NCBI GenBank assembly: GCA_951406725.2
Contig: OX597823.1
Span: 118,162,621 to 118,226,620, forward strand
Reading direction: 5' to 3'
From: Octopus vulgaris
Lineage: Eukaryota
Length of the DNA stretch: 64,000 bases
Below, piece by piece: positions 13,514 to 27,212 of this stretch. Position 1 is the stretch's first letter, and every line of letters starts with the position of its first letter. Made by a program: the position numbers and the translations under genes. The notes beneath the pieces are model-generated. The model did no database searches. It saw only the letters and a list, made by a program, of their open reading frames with translations, and had not been told where the DNA came from.

Positions 13514-14850
13514 CCATGTTGAACATGGCAAAAGAGATACACAAAAACATTCTAGCCATCACTCAACACCATCCTATGCTATTACCCCAGTGCACCAATT
13601 CCCCACATTGCTGCCACTAACACACACAAAAAATCCAAGCCCCCTGCAACAGTCAAAACCAGCCACTACACTAACCTCCACATTCCTACTCAATGCACAA
13701 GGTGTCAGCCCTTCCATCAATGCACAAAAATGGAAGGTCCAATTCATTGAAGACTGGGTTGGTAACCATTCACACCACATCCCTTTCTTCATTCTCACTG
13801 AGACCCACCTTGACAACTCCCACTTGGAAGCCGAAGTGAGAGTGAAGAATTTCACAACCATCCGCGCGGATCGTATCGGCAGGAGGAAGGGTGGAACTGC
13901 CATTTTCCTGCATGATTCATTTACGGCAGATGGAAATAGTATATTCTCCAACGGCTACTGTGAATCAGTCACCGTGCACAACAAGGCTAATGACCTGACA
14001 GTAATTGGGCTCTATAGGCCGCCGCAAACACCCATACTGTGCTTTAAAGAATGCCTCAACAGCATTAAGTGCTTTATTCAACAGTGCCATTCTAGCAACA
14101 TACTCATGATGGGAGACTTCAATCTACCCTGTGTTGACTGGACTACAAACTGTTTGAAACCAAGCACTCCCGCCTCAACCGCTGACAAAGAAGCAGCAGA
14201 GTCACTTTTCGACTTTACGAATGAGTTTTTCTTGTCCCAACTTGTCCTTGCACCAACAAGACATCAGAACATTTTGGACCTAGTGTTTAGTAACCACACT
14301 AACACTATACATAACGTTACAGTGGAAAAAACCCTTCTTTCAGACCATGACATGGTTCTCTGTAACATGAAATTCCACCAGCCGAAAGCTAATCCTAGTG
14401 ACCTTCCTCCAGCCCACCCATTTGACAACATGGATCTCCATAAAGCCAACTGGGATGCAATCAGGAACGAGCTATCAAATGTTAACTGGTCCTTTACACA
14501 TACACACATCTCCACCAACCATAAAACATCTTGGCAGATCTTTGTAGACACCGTCACAGACATATGTGCAAAACACTCCCCACCAAGACCTGTGAACAAA
14601 AAGTGCAGAATCCCCCAAAACAGAAAAACCATTATCAGAAAAATAAAAAGAACAAACAAAAAAATTAACAAACTAAAGTACTGCCAACAGCAACACACAC
14701 ATTCGACGGCTATCGCACTGCTTGAATCCAAAAAATATAACCTCCAACAATGCATGAAGACCCTCATCAATAACCAAAGATCAGCTGAGGAGAAGTGGGC
14801 CATTGAAAAAATCAAACTCAACCCCAAAGTGTTCTTTTCATTTGCGAGGA
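13386..14850 (+). CDS. LINE ORF2, N-terminal part (APE endonuclease); true start probably near the ORF1 stop
   Basis: Motifs LLNAQG, LTETHL, RADR..RKGGTAIF, GLYRPP, MGDFNLP, PTR..NILDLVF, SDHD. Confidence 0.9.
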
Positions 14851-16591
14851 CATTGACGAAACTGGCACTCCCCAAGATAATGCCAAATCCATGGCCGAGA
14901 TACTGCAGAAACAATACTGCTCTGTTTTCAGCAATCCTGATATGGCCGATCTGGGCTGTATCAGTGATGTCAACCCCCAACACACTATATCGGACATAAC
15001 GTTTAGTGCCCCTGATGTCTTAGCGACGATAAACGAAATAAAACACAATTCAGCAGTAGGCCCCGATAGGTTCCCTGCTTGTGTCCTGAAGGTGTGTCGA
15101 CACCAACTTGCATCTCCCCTTGCTAATCTGTGGAGAAACTCACTGGATGCTGGCTATATTCCAAAAAACCTTCTGTCCCAGTCTGTTGTCCCAGTTTTCA
15201 AAAAGGGAAACAAGTCCCTTGCAGTGAATTACCGTCCGATCTCACTCACCTCTCATATCATCAAGGTATTTGAGAGGGTGGTGAGATCTCGAATAACCCA
15301 ATTTCTGGAAAGCAACAGACGGCTGATCTCCAACCAACATGGGTTCCGTAATGGAAGGGACTGCCTAACGCAGCTCCTGCATCACTTTGAGGACATTTTG
15401 AGAGCTTTGGGAGAGGGCTCCAACACCGATGTCATCTACCTTGATTTCAGTAAGGCCTTCGACAGGGTCGATCACAAGATCCTATTGAAAAAACTATCCA
15501 ACATTGGTGTCTCTGGAAAGTTACTGAAATGGATTAAGTGTTTCCTGACAGACAGATCTCAACATGTTGTAGTTGAAGGGGTAAAATCAAGCCCAGCCAA
15601 AGTCAGTAGTGGCGTTCCGCAAGGCACTGTGCTGGGCCCACTTCTTTTCATCATTTACATTAATGACATTAATGACATCATCAAGCACAGCAACATAAAA
15701 ATCTTTGCAGATGACTCCAAGCTACAGAAGGTCATAAATGAGGCGAGTGACCGGACATGCCTTCAGTCAGATCTACTGGCTGTTATCCAATGGGCAGAAA
15801 AAAACAATATGCTGCTGAACGAGGATAAATTTGAGCTAATCCACTTTGGAAAAGAGGATGCCCTGAAACTCCCATACTCCCTTCCTTCAGGTGAAACTCT
15901 CGCGGCGTCCAACAACATCAGAGACTTGGGAGTAATTGTGGACAACAACGTAAGCTGGGCCACTCATATAAACACCAAAGTTGACATGGCCCGCAGAATG
16001 TGTTCCTGGATTCTCAGAACTTTCCAGTCGAGAGATATCCACACCATTATCCTTCTCTTCTCCACTTTTGCCCGACCCCACCTTGAATACTGTTGTCCAC
16101 TGTGGTCTCCCCACACAATACAAGGTATCATAAAAGTTGAAGCACCTCAAAGGGCAATCACAAAAAAGATAGATGGCATGACAGGCCTCGACTATTGGGG
16201 TCGACTAGAAAAGCTAAAACTCTATTCTCTCCAACGTCGTCGTGAGCGCTACATCATCTGCATGATGTGGAAAATATTCCATCAGCATTGCCCAAATGAT
16301 GTTGGCATCACCTTTAAGGTACATCCAAGGCTTGGGCCTCGTGCCATCCGCCCAAAACAAAAATCGCACTCTCATCTCATAACAACAATACGGCACAATT
16401 ATTTCACCTCAATTGGCCCCGCTCTCTTTAACATTACACCAAAACACATTAAAACAGAAACTGACCCTATAGGGTTCAAGAAGTCTTTGGACAGATTCCT
16501 TCAAGAAATCCCGGATAAACCCCCTACACCCGGATATGTCTCTGTAAACAATAACTCTCTACTTGAGTGGGCCATAGTGCCCAAATTCTGA
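14851..16591 (+). CDS. LINE ORF2, reverse transcriptase part (different frame from the APE part)
   Basis: Motifs GPD, NYRPISLTS, QHGFR, YLDFSKAFDRVDH, GVPQGTVLGPLLF, FADD, RDLGV, RPHLEYC, LYSLQRRRER. Confidence 0.93.
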
Positions 16592-16679
16592 CTTGAAAGA
16601 CTTCACCAGGTGGTGCTATTAAGTTAGACATGGCCTGGGCCAATAATGAACATCGAAACAAATATCAATGGAAATAGTA

Positions 16680-17144
16680 GTTGTGATACCTGTGCCGGTG
16701 GCACATAAAAAGCACCATCCAAACGTGGCCGTTGCCAGCGCCGCCTCGACTGGCTTCTGTGCCGGTGGCACATAAAAAGCATCATCCGAACGTGGCCGAT
16801 GCCAGCGCCGCCTCGACTGGCTTCTGTGCCGGTGGCACATAAAAAGCACCATCCGAACGTGGCCGATGCCAGCGCCGCCTCGGCTGGCTTCCGTGCCGGT
16901 GGCACGTTAAAAGCACCAACCAATCGTGGCCGATGCCAGACCCCCCTGGCACCTGTGCAGGTGGCACGTAAAAAGCACTCACTACACTCGCGGAGTAGTT
17001 GGCGTTAAGAAGGGCATCCAGCTGTAGAAACACTGCCAGATCAGACTGGAGCCAGGTGCAGCCCCTGGCTTCCCAGACCCCAGTCGAACCGTCCAACCCG
17101 TGCTAGCGCGGAAAACGGACGTTAAACGATGATGATGATGATGA

Positions 17145-17145
<1 letters not shown>
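16680..17145 (+). mobile_element. SINE/RTE-type 3' tail module with internal ~67-bp tandem repeats and (GAT)n tail
   Basis: About 4 copies of 'gtgccggtggcacataaaaagcaccatccgaacgtggccgatgccagcgccgcctcg...', then 'agggcatccagctgtagaaac...aaacgatgatgatgat'; degenerate inverted relatives at ~31807-31970 and 35200-35255. Confidence 0.75.
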
Positions 17146-17207
<62 letters not shown>

Positions 17208-17218
17208 ATATATATATA

Positions 17219-17273
<55 letters not shown>
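17146..17273. repeat. (TATC)n then (TA)n microsatellite
   Basis: Directly visible. Confidence 0.95.
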
Positions 17274-17274
<1 letters not shown>

Positions 17275-18620
17275 GGCGTAGGACTGACTGTGAGGTAAGT
17301 AGCTCGCTTACCACCCATAGAGTTCCGGGTTCAGTCCGACTGCGTGGCATTTTGGGCATACATATATATAATGTATGTATGTGTGTCTATACTTATATCT
17401 TCAGCTTTATGTGTGTGTTTGCCTGTGTGTGTGTGTACGTGAGGTGTGCATGTCTGTGTGTGTGTACATTGTGAACATAGAGATGACTGAATTTTCATGT
17501 TCTGATTATCGCCTTGTTGAACATGCCAAAGGGCCTTTATCCGATCATATTTGCCGTTAGGAAATATTTTTGCGCGCGCGCACACACACACACACTCACT
17601 CACTCACTCACTCACTCACTCACTCACTCACTCACTCACTCACTCACTCACTCACTCACTCACAGGGTTAAATGCATTTTTAAAACCTTTATCAAAATTC
17701 GAGTGCACCTAAAAAGATCAGTTCCCGCACCTGTGTAGACCATACATGCCATCACATATGTCATACACACGGCAGCTTAAAAGAGAGATGATGAAAAATG
17801 CTATATAGGTTTGATATTATTTAACCCTAGGTAAGTATTGATCGACCTCGCCGATGATCCCAACCAACCATATCTTCCCGTACTTTTTGTTTTTCGATTT
17901 CACTGCATTTAAAACTACCTTATACCACGTGACTCTTCTAAACGCTATGCTACGATTCGAGGAAGATGTGACTGCAATCTGTGTGTAGGCGCAGGCGGCT
18001 CTGTGGTATAATATTTGCTTCCCGACGAAATGGTTCCGGTTTCTGTTCCACTGCACTGTACTTTGTGCAACTGTCTTTACTATAGTCTGGTGGATTTGGT
18101 ATATGGAAACTAAAAGAAGCCTGTCGCATATATATATATTATTATTGTTATTTCGTGTTATTTTTGTATTCATATTCGTATAACATCGTCCGTTTTTCTG
18201 TCCTTGTTTCGTATACATTCGAAGCTTTTTTCCAAGGAATCTAATGCGCTTAGCTTAGTTTTTCCTTGGGGCTGGTCAGATTGGAGCAATCTCAAAATTA
18301 ATCAGCCGAAATTGCGAGGATGATCCGGTTCTTCACTGAAGATTGAAGGCTTCGAATGACCCGTCCGTGTTTTTTGTATCGTCTTCTGAATGTTTTGCTA
18401 ATTTTTCAGCGAGTTTACTGTAAACATTAGCTTTTACACAATCGTTTTGGTGAGTGTACCAAGCGTTTATCAGTGAACTGATTACATTTTCAACCCAGTA
18501 GTGTTTTGGAATATTATTGGCCATATTCAGTGGATATATGCGTGTGTGGGTAAATGCACGTATATATGTATGTAAATATATATAAATATATATATGTATA
18601 TATCTATGTATGTATATGTA

Positions 18621-18675
<55 letters not shown>

Positions 18676-18729
18676 ATATTGATATGTGTATGTTTGCATA
18701 TATATATACTTGTATATATATGTATATAG

Positions 18730-20541
18730 ATGAAGTAATGACATCAATAAGTAAATTGAATCTTGGTAGGGTACCTAGAAAGGATGGAATTTGTGCTGAG
18801 GTCTTGCGATTTGGTGGTAATTGCATCACACAGTCCCTTCATGAACTTATTAGTGCAGTCTGGAGGGATGGTGCAATCCATAAAGACTGGAAGGATGCAA
18901 TTATTCTTCCTCTATATAGAGGAAAAGGAGCAAGAACAATGTGTGGTAACTACAGAGGTATTGCTCTACTATCAGCTGCTGGTAAGGTTCTGGTAAATAT
19001 TCTTCTTGCCCGTCTGAATGGGTGTCTCGTAAATGATGTCCTATCTGAATCTCAATGTGGCTTCCGATCTGGTAGAGGGACAATGGATATGATTTTCACA
19101 GCAAGACAGATGCATGAGAAGTGCTATGAGCAGAATATGGATCTTGTCCAGGTATTCATTGATTTAGCTAAGGCCTTAGATACCGTAAATAGGGCCTTTC
19201 TATGGAAAATACTTGGCAAACTTGGATGTCCGGATCACTTTGTATCTATAATTAAATCATTTCATGATGGGATGGAGGCTTAGGTCAATGTTGGTGGTGC
19301 CATGGTGGGACCCATTCCTGTAGAGAATGGTGTCAAGCAGGGTAACATCCTTGCCCCAACTCTCTTTTCTTTGTACTTTGCTGCTACTTTTACTCATGCT
19401 TTTGCTAAGGTTAGCTCTCTGGGAATATTTATCAGATATCTATCTTCTGGCCGCCTCTTTAATCTTCGCCAATTTGCTGCCAATTCAAAGGTTTTCCAGA
19501 CTATTATTCGTGACCTCCTTTATGTAGATGACTGTGACTTAGTCACTCATACAGTAGATGACATGCAAATAATCATGAATTGCATTTCTGCTTCTTGCAG
19601 AGCATTTGGACTCAGCATTGGCCTGGACAAGACTGTTGTAATGTTCCAGCCTGCACCCGGAAATCCATATATAGAACCAGCTATCTTCGTTGAAGGAACA
19701 ATTCTGAAGGTAGTAGACAAGTTTGTCTATCTGGGCAGCACACTCAGCCGTTCTTGCTCCTTGGATGAGGAACTATCTTTCAGGTTGCAGAGAGCAACTA
19801 ATTCCTTCCAGTCTCTTCAGTCTCGTGTCTGGTACCAACATGGCATCGCAAGGAGAACAAAAATTGCTGTGTACCGTACTTATGTACTGACATCGCTTCT
19901 CTACTCATGTGAGATATGGACTCTGTACAAACGTCAGGTAAGGGTCCTTGAACGTTTTCATCAGAGATGTCTCAGACACATTCTCAATGTTGGCTGGACT
20001 TCAAAAACTCCCGACACACAGATCCTGAGGACAGCTGATATCTTGAGTATTGAAGCGGTGGTGCACAAGCACCGGTTGCGTTGGACTGGACACCTTATTC
20101 GAATGAAGGATAGAAGGATTCCTAAGCAGATGCTCTATGGAGAACTTGTGAATGGAAGGAGAGTCCGGCAGAAACCAAGGCTGCGATTTAAGGACTGTGT
20201 CAAGTCCTCATTAAAGGCCTGTGATATGCAGGACACTGACTGGGAGAGCAATACCTGTCATCGCCACAGATGGAGGAAGCAGATGGAGGACACTTTTGAG
20301 AGAGCACGTATCCAGCATGAAGAACTTAAGCGAGCGGCGCGAAAGCGCACGGCTCGTATAGTGAATGTGGAAAGCTTGGTCTGCAATGTTTGCAGTCGTG
20401 TATGCTTGTCAAGAGCAGGGCTCATTAGCCACCAACGGAGCCGCAAATGCAAAATATAAGTTAGTCCTAGAGCGCACAATGTTCCTGAAGGTCGGCAATG
20501 GTCTTCCTCGGTCATGAGTGGACGGCCATTATTATTATTAT
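18730..20541 (+). mobile_element. 5'-truncated RTE-clade LINE (RT, C-terminal C2H2-like finger, (TAT)n tail), one in-frame stop
   Basis: [58 protein letters not shown]...RIPKQMLYGEL, CNVCSRVC..RAGLISH; TAG at 19281-19283 is in frame with the next ORF. Confidence 0.92.
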
Positions 20542-20544
20542 GTA

Positions 20545-20611
<67 letters not shown>

Positions 20612-22591
20612 GCCCGCGCACCGTCTTTAGTCAAACAAAACGTACTCTAGGACTTATTCTTTGGAATGCTAGTACTCATTCTAACCGTTACGTTACGGCA
20701 GCGTATGTGTGGACTGTGCTCAAACACGCACAAACACACATACGTCCGAACACACACACACATAGATACATGCAAAGATGCACACTTGTAGGTATTTATG
20801 CTTTAAATATGTTGACTTTAAAACTTTGACATTCTGAAGAAATTAAATGAGTGTGTTTGTAAGCCAATATGTGTGTGTGTGTGCTTTAATTTCTGTGTCT
20901 GTGTTTGCGCGCACCTGTGTGACAGAGTGTTTCCGGTTCAATGTTTGTGCCTGAGCGTGTGTGTGTGAGTGAGTGAGTGAGTGAGTGAGTGTGTACATTT
21001 GTGTTTTCATTGCTAGGTGTGTGAGTTTGTAACTGTGTTTTCATTTCTGTGTGTGAGTATGTGTGATTATTTTCATTTCCGTGCGTGTGTGTGAGTGAAT
21101 GTAATTATTTCTATGTGTTCGAGTTTGTGCGTTTGTGAGTGTGTAACTGTGTGTTTTCATTTCTGTGTTTGTGCGTGTGTGTGAGTGAGTGTTTTCATTT
21201 CTGTGTTGGAAATAGGTCAGATAGCAATATCAATCAGGATACGTTGAAGTGACCCCTGACCTGTTGGAGTTTGGTAATTTGGTGCACTACATTCATTGAC
21301 AAGTGTTGATATGTGCGTGTGGAAAACTGGAACTGATCTTACGATCTCTTGTATTTTATTTTTGATCTGTTTTACAGATCCAGGTACTGTGTGCGCATAC
21401 GTTTGTGTGTGAGTGAATGTATTTATTTCTATGTGTTCGAGTGTGTGCGTTTGTGTTCCTCCTACCACTACTACAGTCTACCTACCTATCTCTCTCTCTC
21501 TCTCTCTCTACCACCACCACTATTATTCGTACACTGTAACCGCTCACCACCACTCCCACCATCATTATACAGTCGCTATCACCACCCCATCAGTAGAGTA
21601 ACTTCTCCCCACCACTATCACCATCATCGGTACACCGTTATCTCCCGCCACCCCCACATCAGTTCCGAGTAACTTTCACCACAACCACAACAGTCACCAT
21701 CACCACCCTCATCGGTACAGAGTGTTCTATCACGACATTATCTCTCACCACACCACAACACCGTCACCACCATCAGTACAGAGTGACTTCCTCTCACCAC
21801 GACGCACTTTTTACCTTTTACTACCACCACCATCAGCTCTTAGTGCAATGTTTAAAAGCCATTATCAAACTCACTACAAGGATTATTATGTTGCTATCTC
21901 TTCCGCTCGTGTGTCCAAATGGTCACCCTGTCGTGGACTTACGATCACCCCCACACTGAATGAAGCCTTAGGCCAGTCCCTTACCTCCACCTTGGACAAT
22001 GAAAAGGTCAGTGCAGCTGTATATTACACATTTAAATACATATAAACATTGTAAACAACACGGTTTTAGTTTGTTTCCTTATGGTGCGTGGTTTTTGCTG
22101 AAATCCGCGTTGTCGATCATGTTTAAAACCCCTACTTCTACAGTCTTTACTGAACCAGTAGGTGGATTATGGGTGATCGGAGAGACGTTCCAACCGTGAC
22201 CGATCGGAAAACTATGTCATCGATGTATATGGCTCTTTCTAGACATATATATGACAATTTTTCCAAGGACAATGGTTAAAATTCAAACTTGTTTTATTTT
22301 ATTATTTTTTAAAAATATATTTTACATGCATACATATATAATACATATGTTTATTTACACATGCTCATATGTGCATGCATGTACATATTTATACACAAAT
22401 ATACACAACATACGGCACACACATACCCAGACACGTATACACACATATACATCTACACATACGTACATACATATCAAACAATGTACGCTCGTACGGTTAT
22501 ATATAACTGCATATATGTATTTTAGTACCATGCATTTCAACATTTATGCATGGATTACTACATGTAAATGAGAGAGAGAGAGAGAGAGAGG
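20402..22591 (+). repeat. Local segmental duplication, copy 1
   Basis: Near-identical to 24348-26898; several identical translated ORFs in the track. Confidence 0.93.
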
Positions 22592-24335
22592 CTTGAGTGG
22601 ACTCCATAAACTACCACATGTTGTGTTATATTCGCCAGGAAATACTTGATCTAGTGTAGAACTTTTCCACGGATTCCAACTTTGCCAACTTTGAGAGTAG
22701 GATATTATGGTCTACCCTGTCGAACGCTTTACCGAAGTCAAGATATATGACATCAGAGTTCGAACCTGTTCCCAAGGCTTTGAGTACATCTTCAATGTGG
22801 TGTAAGAGCTGTGTTAGACAGTCCCTGCCTCAGCGAAAGCCATGCTGATTTGCATTTAGGAGTTTGTGGGTCTCCAGGAAGTCAGCTATCCTTGATCTTA
22901 ACACTCTTTCAAACACTTTGATGATGTGGGGGGTGAGTGAGATTGGGCGATAGTTGAGTGCGAGGGATCTGTTTCCCTGTTTGAAAACCGGGATGACTGA
23001 CTGGGATAGAAACTGTTTCGGTATATAACCTGCGTCTAACGAATTTCTCCAGAGATTGGTCAGAGGTACTGCAAGTTGGTGTCTACATTCCTTCAGGAGA
23101 CTAGCACGGAATCTATCAGGGCCTACAGCAGAGTAGTATTTGATCTCATTTATTGCTGCTGTGATGTCAGTGGCAGTGAAGGTTATGTCTGAGATTTTAT
23201 GTTGAGGGTCAACTTCGTTCGCTTCTCTTGCGTCAATATCAGAGAAAGCAGTATTGTTTCTGCAGTATTTCTGCCATTTCTTTAGCATCGTGTTTGGGAA
23301 TGCCGTTATCATCAATCAATGGCCCAATGGGTGTGACAGTGGTTCTATGCTTATTTGCATAAGAATAGAACACTTTTGGGTTCTGTTTGATGTTTTTGAT
23401 TACCCACTGTTCCTCCACAGCTCTTTGATTTTCAATGGAGGTTTTCATGTCGTTCTTTAGATGAAGTTTTTCCAGCTCTAGCCTTTTTCATTGTTGTTGA
23501 ATTTGGGTGTTGTATGTGGGAATATTTTAATTGGTTGATTTTGTTTGTTGAGTCTTTTGATGCGCCTGATGAGTATTTTATTCTTTTTAGGGAGCCGGTT
23601 TCTGTTTGTGTTAGTAGATTTCGTGGGAGCGTGTTTAGCGCATGTATAGGTGACAATGTTTTCAAAGTGCTGCCATGCGGTCTCAGTATGGGTGGAATTT
23701 AGAGTGAAAGACAAGTCGATGCAAGACAGATCCTTTCTGGTTGCTCCCCAGTCCGCTTTGTGGAAGTTTATGTTGTCAAATGAGTGCCATGGAGTGGTAT
23801 TGGCTGGTTTGGTTTTTATATGTCGGGAATTGAAATTGCAGAGTATCATGTCGAGGTCTGAGAGGATAGTTTTTTCAACTGAAATACTGTGAACGAAGCT
23901 AGAGTGATTGGTCAATACCAGATCCAAGATCGTTTTATTCTGTCTCGTTGGTTCGAGCACTAGCTGAGTCAGGAAGTATTCATCCATGCGATTAAAGAGC
24001 AGTTCTGCTGCTGCTCTATCTGATGTAGAGCATTTGCCTAACTTCAGAGTATTTGTGGGCCAGTACACATAAGGGAGGTTAAAATCACCCATCACTAGTA
24101 TGTTTCCGGAGTTGTACTTCCGAAGGAAGGACTTGACTTTACTAAGGCACTCTTCAAAGCACTTTAGAGGTGCTTGGGGAGGCCTGTAAAGACCAACAAT
24201 GATTATGTCCTTGGCCTTGCTGAATAGTGATACAGATTCACAATAGCCATTGGAAAATATGTCTTTGGCATCAAGTGAAAAGGAGTCATGGATAAAGATG
24301 GCTGTCCCTCCCTTATTTCGGTCTGTGCGACACAC
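22591..24335 (-). pseudogene. Internal CR1 ORF2 fragment (APE and N-terminal RT), frameshifted
   Basis: GLYRPPQ, MGDFNLP, PTR..ILDLVL, MAEILQKQY, NYRPISLT, QHGFR; homologous to the 13.4-16.6 kb ORF2. Confidence 0.9.
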
Positions 24336-24347
24336 GAACAATGGTGA

Positions 24348-26850
24348 ATGCTTGTCAAGAGCAGGGCTCATTAGCCACCAATGGAGCCGCAAATGCAAAA
24401 TATAAGTTAGTCCTAGAGCGCACAATGTTCCTGAAGGTCGGCAATGGTTTTCCTCGGTCACGAGTGGACGGCCATTATTATTATTATGTATTCATATATA
24501 TATATATTTATGCCCGCGCACCGTCTTTAGTCAAACAAAACGTACTCTAGGACTTATTCTGTGGAATGCTAGTACTCATTCTAACCGTTACGGTACGGCA
24601 GCGTATGTGTGGACTGTGCTCAAACACGCACAAACACACATACGTCCGAACACACACACACATAGATACATGCAAAGATGCACACTTGTAGGTATTTATG
24701 CTTTAAATATGTTGACTTTAAAACTTTGACATTCTGAAGAAATTAAATGAGTGTGTTTGTAAGCCAATATGTGTGTGTGTGTGCTTTAATTTCTGTGTCT
24801 GTGTTTGCGCGCACCTGTGTGACAGAGTGTTTCCGGTTCAATGTTTGTGCCTGAGCGTGTGTGTGTGAGTGAGTGAGTGAGTGAGTGTGTACATGTGTGT
24901 TTTCATTGCTAGGTGTGTGAGTTTGTAACTGTGTTTTCATTTCTGTGTGTGAGTATGTGTGATTATTTTCATTTCCGTGCGTGTGTGTGAGTGAATGTAT
25001 TTATTTCTATGTGTTCGAGTTTGTGCGTTTGTGAGTGTGTAACTGTGTGTTTTCATTTCTGTGTTTGTGCGTGTGTGTGAGTAAGTGTTTTCATTTCTGT
25101 GTTGGAAATAGGTCAGATAGCAATATCAATCAGGATACGTTGAAGTGACCCCTGACCTGTTGGAGTTTGGTAATTTGGTGCACTACATTCATTGACAAGT
25201 GTTGATATGTGCGTGTGGAAAACTGGAACTGATCTTACGATCTCTTGTATTTTATTTTTGATCTGTTTTACAGATCCAGGTACTGTGTGCGCATACGTTT
25301 GTGTGTGAGTGAATGTATTTATTTCTATGTGTTCGAGTGTGTGCGTTTGTGTTCCTCCTACCACTACTACAGTCTACCTACCTATCTCTCTCTCTCTCTC
25401 TCTCTCTCTACCACCACCACTATCATTCGTACACTGTAACCGCTCACCACCACTCACACCATCATTATACAGTCGCTATCACCACCCCATCAGTAGAGTA
25501 ACTTCTCCCCACCACTATCACCATCATCGGTACACCGTTATCTCCCGCCACCCCCACATCAGTTCTGAGTAACTTTCACCACAACCACAACAGTCACCAT
25601 CACCACCCTCATCGGTACAGAGTGTTCTATCACGACATGATCTCTCACCACACCACAACACCGTCACCACCATCAGTACAGAGTGACTTCCTCTCACCAC
25701 GACGCACTTTTTACCTTTTACTACCACCACCATCAGCTCTTAGTGCAATGTTTAAAAGCCATTATCAAACTCACTACAAGGATTATTATGTTGCTATCTC
25801 TTCCGCTCGTGTGTCCAAATGGTCACCCTGTCGTGGACTTACGATCACCCCCACACTGAATGAAGCCTTAGGCCAGTCCCTTACCTCCACCTTGGACAAT
25901 GAAAAGGTCAGTGCAGCTGTATATTACACATTTAAATACATATAAACATTGTAAACAACACGGTTTTAGTTTGTTTCCTTATGGTGCGTGGTTTTTGCTG
26001 AAATCCGCGTTGTCGATCATGTTTAAAACCCCTACTTCTACAGTCTTTACTGAACCAGTAGGTGGATTATGGGTGATCGGAGAGACGTTCCAACCGTGAC
26101 CGATCGGAAAACTATGTCATCGATGTATATGGCTCTTTCTAGACATATATATGACAATTTTTCCAAGGACAATGGTTAAAATTCAAACTTGTTTTATTTT
26201 ATTGTTTTTTTTTAAATATATTTTACATGCGCAGGAGTGGCTGTGTGGTAAGTAGCTTGCTAACCAACCACATGGTTCCGGGTTCAGTCCCACTGCGTGG
26301 CATCTTGGGCAAGTGTATTCTGCTATAGCCCCGGCCGACCAATGCCTTGTGAGTGGAATTGGTAGACGGAAACTGAAAGAATCCTGTCGTATATATGTAT
26401 ATATGTATGTATGTGTGTGTGTCTGTGTTTGTCCCCCTAGCATTGCTTGACAACCGATGCTGATGTGTCACTTAGCGGTTCGGCAAAAGAGACCAATAGA
26501 ATAAGTCCTGGGCTTACAAAGAATAAGTCCCGGGGTCGATTTACTCGACTAAAGGCGGTGCTCCAGCATGGCCGCAGTCAAATGATTGAAACAAGTAAAA
26601 GAGTAAAGAGTATGCATACATATATAATACATATGTTTATTTACACATGCTCATATGTGCATGCATGTACATATTTATACACAAATATACACAACATACG
26701 GCACACACATACCCAGACACGTATACACACATATACATCTACACATACGTACATACATATCAAACAATGTACGCTCGTACGGTTATATATAACTGCATAT
26801 ATGTATTTTAGTACCATGCATTTCAACATTTATGCATGGATTACTACATG

Positions 26851-26898
<48 letters not shown>
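24348..26898 (+). repeat. Local segmental duplication, copy 2 (with extra SINE)
   Basis: Matches 20402-22591 apart from the 26229-26611 insertion. Confidence 0.93.
26229..26611 (+). mobile_element. Full-length tRNA-derived SINE
   Basis: A-box-like TGGCTGTGTGG, B-box-like GGTTCAGTCCC, internal microsatellite, 'aaaagagtaaagagt' tail; empty site present in copy 1; ATGC on both sides. Confidence 0.9.
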
Positions 26899-26900
<2 letters not shown>

Positions 26901-27039
26901 GCTTATAGAATACTTGTTCTAAACGATTATCAAGAACACACACTCACACATGAATCATAAACTCCGTATTTTTGTACGTGTTCCGCAAAAAAAAAAACAG
27001 AAGAAAATAAACTGTAAATGTATCTATTTTACAATTTAT

Positions 27040-27212
27040 GAACCAAGCAAATACGAAACTATGGCGGCTAAAAATTGGTGTCTGACTTTTCGCAAAGCAT
27101 CGTGGGATTGTTGTCGTATGCTTTTCAATGGCGACGGTCTCTGTTTTTTTATTGAATTTTCGTCTTTGAATGTTTTTCCTGCAGCTAACAATTATGAAAG
27201 AAGTAGGTAAGA
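27040..27212 (+). promoter_or_regulatory. Possible Pol II promoter and first exon with splice donor
   Basis: Non-repetitive, locally CpG-containing; ATGGCGGC (YY1-like) at 27061, TGGGATTGTTGT at ~27103, donor AG|GTAAGA at 27206/27207. Confidence 0.35.

Larger units (their letters stand above)
12213..16660 (+). mobile_element. Near full-length CR1/L2-group non-LTR retrotransposon
   Basis: ~320-bp 5' UTR, ORF1, APE endonuclease, RT, short 3' UTR; bounded by (TA)n at the 5' side. Confidence 0.92.

Noticed and set aside
14840-14900. Programmed ribosomal frameshift in ORF2
   Set aside because: Comparison with the related copy indicates a deletion; no slippery heptamer at the junction
26229-26300. 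tRNA gene
   Set aside because: A/B boxes belong to a SINE head that continues into SINE body and tail
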